Of a DNA stretch of 64,000 bases, positions 13,701-26,928 are shown in pieces; the first letter of the stretch is position 1; each line of letters opens with the position of its first letter. This stretch comes from Auanema rhodensis (Eukaryota; Animalia; Nematoda): contig OZ059900.1 in assembly GCA_964057225.1 (NCBI GenBank), positions 5,394,001-5,458,000 on the forward strand, written 5' to 3'. Made by a program: the position numbers and the translations under genes. The notes below the pieces were generated by a model that did not search any database, was not told the DNA's origin, and worked only from the letters and a program-made list of their open reading frames with translations.

Positions 13701-15136
13701 GTACATTTTAATGAATTCTCCATGGTCATATTAGTCTAAAAACACTAACTTAATGGGTTTGATGCATGGTAACCAAGACTTCCAATTTTATGTGAACAGT
13801 TAACTATACCACCTAAGTATCTAAAGAAAGTGATCTTGATTTGTAACTCGGTGCCCGTTAAAGATAGAAGAATACTGTACATTTTAATGAATTCTCCATG
13901 GTCATATTAGTCTAAAAACACTAACTTAATGGGTTTGATGCATGGTAACCAAGACTTCCAATTTTATGTGAACAGTTAACTATACCACCTAAGTATCCGA
14001 AGAAAGTGATCTTGATTTGTAACTCGGTGCCCGTTAAAGATAGAAGAATACTGTACATTTTAATGAATTCTCCATGGTCATATTAGTCTAAAAACACTAA
14101 CTTAATGGGTTTGATGCATGGTAACCAAGACTTCCAATTTTATGTGAACAGTTAACTATACCACCTAAGTATCTAAAGAAAGTGATCTTGATTTGTAACT
14201 CGGTGCCCGTTAAAGATAGAAGAATACTGTACATTTTAATGAATTCTCCATGGTCATATTAGTCTAAAAACACTAACTTAATGGGTTTGATGCATGGTAA
14301 CCAAGACTTCCAATTTTATGTGAACAGTTAACTATACCACCTAAGTATCTAAAGAAAGTGATCTTGATTTGTAACTCGGTGCCCGTTAAAGATAGAAGAA
14401 TACTGTACATTTTAATGAATTCTCCATGGTCATATTAGTCTAAAAACACTAACTTAATGGGTTTGATGCATGGTAACCAAGACTTCCAATTTTATGTGAA
14501 CAGTTAACTATACCACCTAAGTATCTAAAGAAAGTGATCTTGATTTGTAACTCGGTGCCCGTTAAAGATAGAAGAATACTGTACATTTTAATGAATTCTC
14601 CATGGTCATATTAGTCTAAAAACACTAACTTAATGGGTTTGATGCATGGTAACCAAGACTTCCAATTTTATGTGAACAGTTAACTATACCACCTAAGTAT
14701 CTAAAGAAAGTGATCTTGATTTGTAACTCGGTGCCCGTTAAAGATAGAAGAATACTGTACATTTTAATGAATTCTCCATGGTCATATTAGTCTAAAAACA
14801 CTAACTTAATGGGTTTGATGCATGGTAACCAAGACTTCCAATTTTATGTGAACAGTTAACTATACCACCTAAGTATCCGAAGAAAGTGATCTTGATTTGT
14901 AACTCGGTGCCCGTTAAAGATAGAAGAATACTGTACATTTTAATGAATTCTCCATGGTCATATTAGTCTAAAAACACTAACTTAATGGGTTTGATGCATG
15001 GTAACCAAGACTTCCAATTTTATGTGAACAGTTAACTATACCACCTAAGTATCCAAAGAAAGTGATCTTGATTTGTAACTCGGTGCCCGTTAAAGATAGA
15101 AGAATACTGTACATTTTAATGAATTCTCCATGGTCA
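7745..15136. repeat. Highly homogeneous block of 42 type-A monomers
   Basis: All carry CACTAACTTAATGGGTTT...GGTAACCAAGAC. Variation is almost limited to CTA/CCG at 93-95, C69G at 7813, 9749, 11509 and 12741, and a few singletons. Confidence 0.9.
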
Positions 15137-15664
15137 TATTAGTCTAAAAACACTATCTTATTGTGTTTGATGCATGGTAGCCAGGACTTCCAATTTTATG
15201 TGAAGAGTTAACTATACCACCTAAGTATCCGAAGAAAGTGATCTTGATTTGTAACTCGGTGCCCGTTAAAGATAGAAGAATACTGTACATTTTAATGAAT
15301 TCTCCATGGTCATATTAGTCTAAAAACACTAACTTAATGGGTTTGATGCATGGTAACCAAGACTTCCAATTTTATGTGAACAGTTAACTATACCACCTAA
15401 GTATCCGAAGAAAGTGATCTTGATTTGTAACTCGGTGCCCGTTAAAGATAGAAGAATACTGTACATTTTAATGAATTTTCCATGGCCATATTAGTCTAAA
15501 AACACTATCTTATTGTGTTTGATGCATGGTAGCCAGGACTTCCAATTTTATGTGAACAGTTAACTATACCACCTAAGTATCTAAAGAAAGTGATCTTGAT
15601 TTGTAACTCGGTGCCCGTTAAAGATAGAAGAATACTGTACATTTTAATGAATTCTCCATGGTCA

Positions 15665-16720
15665 TATTAGTCTAAAAACACTATCTTATTGTGTTTGATG
15701 CATGGTAGCCAGGACTTCCAATTTTATGTGAAGAGTTAACTATACCACCTAAGTATCCGAAGAAAGTGATCTTGATTTGTAACTCGGTGCCCGTTAAAGA
15801 TAGAAGAATACTGTACATTTTAATGAATTCTCCATGGTCATATTAGTCTAAAAACACTAACTTAATGGGTTTGATGCATGGTAACCAAGACTTCCAATTT
15901 TATGTGAACAGTTAACTATACCACCTAAGTATCCGAAGAAAGTGATCTTGATTTGTAACTCGGTGCCCGTTAAAGATAGAAGAATACTGTACATTTTAAT
16001 GAATTCTCCATGGTCATATTAGTCTAAAAACACTAACTTAATGGGTTTGATGCATGGTAACCAAGACTTCCAATTTTATGTGAACAGTTAACTATACTAC
16101 CTAAGTATCTAAAGAAAGTGATCTTGATTTGTAACTCGGTGCCCGTTAAAGATAGAAGAATACTGTACATTTTAATGAATTCTCCATGGTCATATTAGTC
16201 TAAAAACACTATCTTATTGTGTTTGATGCATGGTAGCCAGGACTTCCAATTTTATGTGAAGAGTTAACTATACCACCTAAGTATCCGAAGAAAGTGATCT
16301 TGATTTGTAACTCGGTGCCCGTTAAAGATAGAAGAATACTGTACATTTTAATGAATTCTCCATGGTCATATTAGTCTAAAAACACTAACTTAATGGGTTT
16401 GATGCATGGTAACCAAGACTTCCAATTTTATGTGAACAGTTAACTATACCACCTAAGTATCCGAAGAAAGTGATCTTGATTTGTAACTCGGTGCCCGTTA
16501 AAGATAGAAGAATACTGTACATTTTAATGAATTCTCCATGGTCATATTAGTCTAAAAACACTAACTTAATGGGTTTGATGCATGGTAACCAAGACTTCCA
16601 ATTTTATGTGAACAGTTAACTATACTACCTAAGTATCTAAAGAAAGTGATCTTGATTTGTAACTCGGTGCCCGTTAAAGATAGAAGAATACTGTACATTT
16701 TAATGAATTCTCCATGGTCA
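15665..16720. repeat. 3-monomer tandem duplication (528 bp, BAA) x2
   Basis: C82T (TATACTAC) at 16098 and 16626, with the same B(G69)-A-A order in both copies. Confidence 0.85.
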
Positions 16721-19700
16721 TATTAGTCTAAAAACACTATCTTATTGTGTTTGATGCATGGTAGCCAGGACTTCCAATTTTATGTGAACAGTTAACTATA
16801 CCACCTAAGTATCCGAAGAAAGTGATCTTGATTTGTAACTCGGTGCCCGTTAAAGATAGAAGAATACTGTACATTTTAATGAATTCTCCATGGTCATATT
16901 AGTCTAAAAACACTATCTTATTGTGTTTGATGCATGGTAGCCAGGACTTCCAATTTTATGTGAACAGTTAACTATACCACCTAAGTATCTAAAGAAAGTG
17001 ATCTTGATTTGTAACTCGGTGCCCGTTAAAGATAGAAGAATACTGTACATTTTAATGAATTCTCCATGGTCATATTAGTCTAAAAACACTATCTTATTGT
17101 GTTTGATGCATGGTAGCCAGGACTTCCAATTTTATGTGAAGAGTTAACTATACCACCTAAGTATCCGAAGAAAGTGATCTTGATTTGTAACTCGGTGCCC
17201 GTTAAAGATAGAAGAATACTGTACATTTTAATGAATTCTCCATGGTCATATTAGTCTAAAAACACTAACTTAATGGGTTTGATGCATGGTAACCAAGACT
17301 TCCAATTTTATGTGAACAGTTAACTATACCACCTAAGTATCTAAAGAAAGTGATCTTGATTTGTAACTCGGTGCCCGTTAAAGATAGAAGAATACTGTAC
17401 ATTTTAATGAATTCTCCATGGTCATATTAGTCTAAAAACACTAACTTAATGGGTTTGATGCATGGTAACCAAGACTTCCAATTTTATGTGAACAGTTAAC
17501 TATACCACCTAAGTATCCGAAGAAAGTGATCTTGATTTGTAACTCGGTGCCCGTTAAAGATAGAAGAATACTGTACATTTTAATGAATTTTCCATGGTCA
17601 TATTAGTCTAAAAACACTAACTTAATGGGTTTGATGCATGGTAACCAAGACTTCCAATTTTATGTGAACAGTTAACTATACCACCTAAGTATCTAAAGAA
17701 AGTGATCTTGATTTGTAACTCGGTGCCCGTTAAAGATAGAAGAATACTGTACATTTTAATGAATTCTCCATGGTCATATTAGTCTAAAAACACTATCTTA
17801 TTGTGTTTGATGCATGGTAGCCAGGACTTCCAATTTTATGTGAACAGTTAACTATACCACCTAAGTATCCGAAGAAAGTGATCTTGATTTGTAACTCGGT
17901 GCCCGTTAAAGATAGAAGAATACTGTACATTTTAATGAATTCTCCATGGTCATATTAGTCTAAAAACACTATCTTATTGTGTTTGATGCATGGTAGCCAG
18001 GACTTCCAATTTTATGTGAACAGTTAACTATACCACCTAAGTATCTAAAGAAAGTGATCTTGATTTGTAACTCGGTGCCCGTTAAAGATAGAAGAATACT
18101 GTACATTTTAATGAATTCTCCATGGTCATATTAGTCTAAAAACACTATCTTATTGTGTTTGATGCATGGTAGCCAGGACTTCCAATTTTATGTGAACAGT
18201 TAACTATACCACCTAAGTATCTAAAGAAAGTGATCTTGATTTGTAACTCGGTGCCCGTTAAAGATAGAAGAATACTGTACATTTTAATGAATTTTCCATG
18301 GTCATATTAGTCTAAAAACACTATCTTATTGTGTTTGATGCATGGTAGCCAGGACTTCCAATTTTATGTGAACAGTTAACTATACCACCTAAGTATCTAA
18401 AGAAAGTGATCTTGATTTGTAACTCGGTGCCCGTTAAAGATAGAAGAATACTGTACATTTTAATGAATTCTCCATGGTCATATTAGTCTAAAAACACTAT
18501 CTTATTGTGTTTGATGCATGGTAGCCAGGACTTCCAATTTTATGTGAAGAGTTAACTATACCACCTAAGTATCCGAAGAAAGTGATCTTGATTTGACACT
18601 CGGTGCCCGTTAAAGATAGAAGAATACTGTACATTTTAATGAATTTTCCATGGTCATATTAGTCTAAAAACACTATCTTATTGTGTTTGATGCATGGTAG
18701 CCAGGACTTCCAATTTTATGTGAACAGTTAACTATACCACCTAAGTATCCGAAGAAAGTGATCTTGATTTGTAACTCGGTGCCCGTTAAAGATAGAAGAA
18801 TACTGTACATTTTAATGAATTCTCCATGGTCATATTAGTCTAAAAACACTATCTTATTGTGTTTGATGCATGGTAGCCAGGACTTCCAATTTTATGTGAA
18901 CAGTTAACTATACCACCTAAGTATCCGAAGAAAGTGATCTTGATTTGTAACTCGGTGCCCGTTAAAGATAGAAGAATACTGTACATTTTAATGAATTCTC
19001 CATGGTCATATTAGTCTAAAAACACTATCTTATTGTGTTTGATGCATGGTAGCCAGGACTTCCAATTTTATGTGAAGAGTTAACTATACCACCTAAGTAT
19101 CCGAAGAAAGTGATCTTGATTTGTAACTCGGTGCCCGTTAAAGATAGAAGAATACTGTACATTTTAATGAATTCTCCATGGTCATATTAGTCTAAAAACA
19201 CTATCTTATTGTGTTTGATGCATGGTAGCCAGGACTTCCAATTTTATGTGAACAGTTAACTATACCACCTAAGTATCTAAAGAAAGTGATCTTGATTTGT
19301 AACTCGGTGCCCGTTAAAGATAGAAGAATACTGTACATTTTAATGAATTCTCCATGGTCATATTAGTCTAAAAACACTAACTTAATGGGTTTGATGCATG
19401 GTAACCAAGACTTCCAATTTTATGTGAACAGTTAACTATACCACCTAAGTATCCGAAGAAAGTGATCTTGATTTGACACTCGGTGCCCGTTAAAGATAGA
19501 AGAATACTGTACATTTTAATGAATTTTCCATGGTCATATTAGTCTAAAAACACTATCTTATTGTGTTTGATGCATGGTAGCCAGGACTTCCAATTTTATG
19601 TGAACAGTTAACTATACCACCTAAGTATCCAAAGAAAGTGATCTTGATTTGTAACTCGGTGCCCGTTAAAGATAGAAGAATACTGTACATTTTAATGAAT

Positions 19701-19888
19701 TCTCCATGGTCATATTAGTCTAAAAACACTAACTTAATGGGTTTGATGCATGGTAACCAAGACTTCCAATTTTATGTGAACAGTTAACTATACCACCTAA
19801 GTATCTAAAGAAAGTGATCTTGATTTGTAACTCGGTGCCCGTTAAAGATAGAAGAATACTGTACATTTTAATGAATTCTCCATGGTCA

Positions 19889-22352
19889 TATTAGTCTAAA
19901 AACACTAACTTAATGGGTTTGATGCATGGTAACCAAGACTTCCAATTTTATGTGAACAGTTAACTATACCACCTAAGTATCTAAAGAAAGTGATCTTGAT
20001 TTGTAACTCGGTGCCCGTTAAAGATAGAAGAATACTGTACATTTTAATGAATTCTCCATGGTCATATTAGTCTAAAAACACTAACTTAATGGGTTTGATG
20101 CATGGTAACCAAGACTTCCAATTTTATGTGAACAGTTAACTATACCACCTAAGTATCTAAAGAAAGTGATCTTGATTTGTAACTCGGTGCCCGTTAAAGA
20201 TAGAAGAATACTGTACATTTTAATGAATTCTCCATGGTCATATTAGTCTAAAAACACTAACTTAATGGGTTTGATGCATGGTAACCAAGACTTCCAATTT
20301 TATGTGAACAGTTAACTATACCACCTAAGTATCCAAAGAAAGTGATCTTGATTTGTAACTCGGTGCCCGTTAAAGATAGAAGAATACTGTACATTTTAAT
20401 GAATTCTCCATGGTCATATTAGTCTAAAAACACTAACTTAATGGGTTTGATGCATGGTAACCAAGACTTCCAATTTTATGTGAACAGTTAACTATACCAC
20501 CTAAGTATCTAAAGAAAGTGATCTTGATTTGTAACTCGGTGCCCGTTAAAGATAGAAGAATACTGTACATTTTAATGAATTCTCCATGGTCATATTAGTC
20601 TAAAAACACTAACTTAATGGGTTTGATGCATGGTAACCAAGACTTCCAATTTTATGTGAACAGTTAACTATACCACCTAAGTATCCAAAGAAAGTGATCT
20701 TGATTTGTAACTCGGTGCCCGTTAAAGATAGAAGAATACTGTACATTTTAATGAATTCTCCATGGTCATATTAGTCTAAAAACACTATCTTATTGTGTTT
20801 GATGCATGGTAGCCAGGACTTCCAATTTTATGTGAAGAGTTAACTATACCACCTAAGTATCCGAAGAAAGTGATCTTGATTTGTAACTCGGTGCCCGTTA
20901 AAGATAGAAGAATACTGTACATTTTAATGAATTCTCCATGGTCATATTAGTCTAAAAACACTAACTTAATGGGTTTGATGCATGGTAACCAAGACTTCCA
21001 ATTTTATGTGAACAGTTAACTATACCACCTAAGTATCCGAAGAAAGTGATCTTGATTTGTAACTCGGTGCCCGTTAAAGATAGAAGAATACTGTACATTT
21101 TAATGAATTTTCCATGGCCATATTAGTCTAAAAACACTAACTTAATGGGTTTGATGCATGGTAACCAAGACTTCCAATTTTATGTGAACAGTTAACTATA
21201 CCACCTAAGTATCCGAAGAAAGTGATCTTGATTTGTAACTCGGTGCCCGTTAAAGATAGAAGAATACTGTACATTTTAATGAATTCTCCATGGTCATATT
21301 AGTCTAAAAACACTAACTTAATGGGTTTGATGCATGGTAACCAAGACTTCCAATTTTATGTGAACAGTTAACTATACCACCTAAGTATCTAAAGAAAGTG
21401 ATCTTGATTTGTAACTCGGTGCCCGTTAAAGATAGAAGAATACTGTACATTTTAATGAATTCTCCATGGTCATATTAGTCTAAAAACACTAACTTAATGG
21501 GTTTGATGCATGGTAACCAAGACTTCCAATTTTATGTGAACAGTTAACTATACCACCTAAGTATCCAAAGAAAGTGATCTTGATTTGTAACTCGGTGCCC
21601 GTTAAAGATAGAAGAATACTGTACATTTTAATGAATTCTCCATGGTCATATTAGTCTAAAAACACTAACTTAATGGGTTTGATGCATGGTAACCAAGACT
21701 TCCAATTTTATGTGAACAGTTAACTATACCACCTAAGTATCTAAAGAAAGTGATCTTGATTTGTAACTCGGTGCCCGTTAAAGATAGAAGAATACTGTAC
21801 ATTTTAATGAATTCTCCATGGTCATATTAGTCTAAAAACACTAACTTAATGGGTTTGATGCATGGTAACCAAGACTTCCAATTTTATGTGAACAGTTAAC
21901 TATACCACCTAAGTATCCAAAGAAAGTGATCTTGATTTGTAACTCGGTGCCCGTTAAAGATAGAAGAATACTGTACATTTTAATGAATTCTCCATGGTCA
22001 TATTAGTCTAAAAACACTATCTTATTGTGTTTGATGCATGGTAGCCAGGACTTCCAATTTTATGTGAAGAGTTAACTATACCACCTAAGTATCCGAAGAA
22101 AGTGATCTTGATTTGTAACTCGGTGCCCGTTAAAGATAGAAGAATACTGTACATTTTAATGAATTCTCCATGGTCATATTAGTCTAAAAACACTAACTTA
22201 ATGGGTTTGATGCATGGTAACCAAGACTTCCAATTTTATGTGAACAGTTAACTATACCACCTAAGTATCCGAAGAAAGTGATCTTGATTTGTAACTCGGT
22301 GCCCGTTAAAGATAGAAGAATACTGTACATTTTAATGAATTTTCCATGGCCA
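19889..22352. repeat. 7-monomer duplication (1232 bp) x2, boundaries approximate
   Basis: Rare ATCCAAAG variant at 20335/20687 and again at 21567/21919. Each pair is followed by B(G69) and an A monomer ending TTTTCCATGGCC. Confidence 0.75.
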
Positions 22353-24816
22353 TATTAGTCTAAAAACACTATCTTATTGTGTTTGATGCATGGTAGCCAG
22401 GACTTCCAATTTTATGTGAACAGTTAACTATACCACCTAAGTATCTAAAGAAAGTGATCTTGATTTGTAACTCGGTGCCCGTTAAAGATAGAAGAATACT
22501 GTACATTTTAATGAATTCTCCATGGTCATATTAGTCTAAAAACACTATCTTATTGTGTTTGATGCATGGTAGCCAGGACTTCCAATTTTATGTGAAGAGT
22601 TAACTATACCACCTAAGTATCCAAAGAAAGTGATCTTGATTTGTAACTCGGTGCCCGTTAAAGATAGAAGAATACTGTACATTTTAATGAATTCTCCATG
22701 GTCATATTAGTCTAAAAACACTATCTTATTGTGTTTGATGCATGGTAGCCAGGACTTCCAATTTTATGTGAAGAGTTAACTATACCACCTAAGTATCCGA
22801 AGAAAGTGATCTTGATTTGTAACTCGGTGCCCGTTAAAGATAGAAGAATACTGTACATTTTAATGAATTCTCCATGGTCATATTAGTCTAAAAACACTAA
22901 CTTAATGGGTTTGATGCATGGTAACCAAGACTTCCAATTTTATGTGAACAGTTAACTATACCACCTAAGTATCCGAAGAAAGTGATCTTGATTTGTAACT
23001 CGGTGCCCGTTAAAGATAGAAGAATACTGTACATTTTAATGAATTTTCCATGGCCATATTAGTCTAAAAACACTATCTTATTGTGTTTGATGCATGGTAG
23101 CCAGGACTTCCAATTTTATGTGAACAGTTAACTATACCACCTAAGTATCTAAAGAAAGTGATCTTGATTTGTAACTCGGTGCCCGTTAAAGATAGAAGAA
23201 TACTGTACATTTTAATGAATTCTCCATGGTCATATTAGTCTAAAAACACTATCTTATTGTGTTTGATGCATGGTAGCCAGGACTTCCAATTTTATGTGAA
23301 GAGTTAACTATACCACCTAAGTATCCGAAGAAAGTGATCTTGATTTGTAACTCGGTGCCCGTTAAAGATAGAAGAATACTGTACATTTTAATGAATTCTC
23401 CATGGTCATATTAGTCTAAAAACACTATCTTATTGTGTTTGATGCATGGTAGCCAGGACTTCCAATTTTATGTGAAGAGTTAACTATACCACCTAAGTAT
23501 CCGAAGAAAGTGATCTTGATTTGTAACTCGGTGCCCGTTAAAGATAGAAGAATACTGTACATTTTAATGAATTCTCCATGGTCATATTAGTCTAAAAACA
23601 CTAACTTAATGGGTTTGATGCATGGTAACCAAGACTTCCAATTTTATGTGAACAGTTAACTATACCACCTAAGTATCCGAAGAAAGTGATCTTGATTTGT
23701 AACTCGGTGCCCGTTAAAGAAAGAAGAATACTGTACATTTTAATGAATTCTCCATGGTCATAGTAGTCTAAAAACACTAACTTAATGGGTTTGATGCATG
23801 GTAACCAAGACTTCCAATTTTATGTGAACAGTTAACTATACCACCTAAGTATCTAAAGAAAGTGATCTTGATTTGTAACTCGGTGCCCGTTAAAGATAGA
23901 AGAATACTGTACATTTTAATGAATTCTCCATGGTCATATTAGTCTAAAAACACTATCTTATTGTGTTTGATGCATGGTAGCCAGGACTTCCAATTTTATG
24001 TGAACAGTTAACTATACCACCTAAGTATCCGAAGAAAGTGATCTTGATTTGTAACTCGGTGCCCGTTAAAGATAGAAGAATACTGTACATTTTAATGAAT
24101 TCTCCATGGTCATATTAGTCTAAAAACACTATCTTATTGTGTTTGATGCATGGTAGCCAGGACTTCCAATTTTATGTGAACAGTTAACTATACCACCTAA
24201 GTATCTAAAGAAAGTGATCTTGATTTGTAACTCGGTGCCCGTTAAAGATAGAAGAATACTGTACATTTTAATGAATTCTCCATGGTCATATTAGTCTAAA
24301 AACACTATCTTATTGTGTTTGATGCATGGTAGCCAGGACTTCCAATTTTATGTGAAGAGTTAACTATACCACCTAAGTATCCGAAGAAAGTGATCTTGAT
24401 TTGTAACTCGGTGCCCGTTAAAGATAGAAGAATACTGTACATTTTAATGAATTCTCCATGGTCATATTAGTCTAAAAACACTAACTTAATGGGTTTGATG
24501 CATGGTAACCAAGACTTCCAATTTTATGTGAACAGTTAACTATACCACCTAAGTATCTAAAGAAAGTGATCTTGATTTGTAACTCGGTGCCCGTTAAAGA
24601 TAGAAGAATACTGTACATTTTAATGAATTCTCCATGGTCATATTAGTCTAAAAACACTAACTTAATGGGTTTGATGCATGGTAACCAAGACTTCCAATTT
24701 TATGTGAACAGTTAACTATACCACCTAAGTATCTAAAGAAAGTGATCTTGATTTGTAACTCGGTGCCCGTTAAAGATAGAAGAATACTGTACATTTTAAT
24801 GAATTCTCCATGGTCA

Positions 24817-26928
24817 TATTAGTCTAAAAACACTATCTTATTGTGTTTGATGCATGGTAGCCAGGACTTCCAATTTTATGTGAACAGTTAACTATACCAC
24901 CTAAGTATCCGAAGAAAGTGATCTTGATTTGTAACTCGGTGCCCGTTAAAGATAGAAGAATACTGTACATTTTAATGAATTCTCCATGGTCATATTAGTC
25001 TAAAAACACTATCTTATTGTGTTTGATGCATGGTAGCCAGGACTTCCAATTTTATGTGAACAGTTAACTATACCACCTAAGTATCTAAAGAAAGTGATCT
25101 TGATTTGTAACTCGGTGCCCGTTAAAGATAGAAGAATACTGTACATTTTAATGAATTCTCCATGGTCATATTAGTCTAAAAACACTATCTTATTGTGTTT
25201 GATGCATGGTAGCCAGGACTTCCAATTTTATGTGAAGAGTTAACTATACCACCTAAGTATCCGAAGAAAGTGATCTTGATTTGTAACTCGGTGCCCGTTA
25301 AAGATAGAAGAATACTGTACATTTTAATGAATTCTCCATGGTCATATTAGTCTAAAAACACTAACTTAATGGGTTTGATGCATGGTAACCAAGACTTCCA
25401 ATTTTATGTGAACAGTTAACTATACCACCTAAGTATCCGAAGAAAGTGATCTTGATTTGTAACTCGGTGCCCGTTAAAGATAGAAGAATACTGTACATTT
25501 TAATGAATTCTCCATGGTCATATTAGTCTAAAAACACTATCTTATTGTGTTTGATGCATGGTAGCCAGGACTTCCAATTTTATGTGAACAGTTAACTATA
25601 CCACCTAAGTATCCGAAGAAAGTGATCTTGATTTGTAACTCGGTGCCCGTTAAAGATAGAAGAATACTGTACATTTTAATGAATTCTCCATGGTCATATT
25701 AGTCTAAAAACACTATCTTATTGTGTTTGATGCATGGTAGCCAGGACTTCCAATTTTATGTGAACAGTTAACTATACCACCTAAGTATCTAAAGAAAGTG
25801 ATCTTGATTTGTAACTCGGTGCCCGTTAAAGATAGAAGAATACTGTACATTTTAATGAATTCTCCATGGTCATATTAGTCTAAAAACACTATCTTATTGT
25901 GTTTGATGCATGGTAGCCAGGACTTCCAATTTTATGTGAAGAGTTAACTATACCACCTAAGTATCCGAAGAAAGTGATCTTGATTTGTAACTCGGTGCCC
26001 GTTAAAGATAGAAGAATACTGTACATTTTAATGAATTCTCCATGGTCATATTAGTCTAAAAACACTAACTTAATGGGTTTGATGCATGGTAACCAAGACT
26101 TCCAATTTTATGTGAACAGTTAACTATACCACCTAAGTATCCGAAGAAAGTGATCTTGATTTGTAACTCGGTGCCCGTTAAAGATAGAAGAATACTGTAC
26201 ATTTTAATGAATTCTCCATGGTCATATTAGTCTAAAAACACTATCTTATTGTGTTTGATGCATGGTAGCCAGGACTTCCAATTTTATGTGAACAGTTAAC
26301 TATACCACCTAAGTATCCGAAGAAAGTGATCTTGATTTGTAACTCGGTGCCCGTTAAAGATAGAAGAATACTGTACATTTTAATGAATTCTCCATGGTCA
26401 TATTAGTCTAAAAACACTATCTTATTGTGTTTGATGCATGGTAGCCAGGACTTCCAATTTTATGTGAACAGTTAACTATACCACCTAAGTATCTAAAGAA
26501 AGTGATCTTGATTTGTAACTCGGTGCCCGTTAAAGATAGAAGAATACTGTACATTTTAATGAATTCTCCATGGTCATATTAGTCTAAAAACACTATCTTA
26601 TTGTGTTTGATGCATGGTAGCCAGGACTTCCAATTTTATGTGAAGAGTTAACTATACCACCTAAGTATCCGAAGAAAGTGATCTTGATTTGTAACTCGGT
26701 GCCCGTTAAAGATAGAAGAATACTGTACATTTTAATGAATTCTCCATGGTCATATTAGTCTAAAAACACTAACTTAATGGGTTTGATGCATGGTAACCAA
26801 GACTTCCAATTTTATGTGAACAGTTAACTATACCACCTAAGTATCCGAAGAAAGTGATCTTGATTTGACACTCGGTGCCCGTTAAAGATAGAAGAATACT
26901 GTACATTTTAATGAATTTTCCATGGTCA
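24817..26928. repeat. 4-monomer higher-order repeat (704 bp, BBBA) x3
   Basis: The order B(CCG), B(CTA), B(G69,CCG), A(CCG) starts at 24817, 25521 and 26225. Confidence 0.85.
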
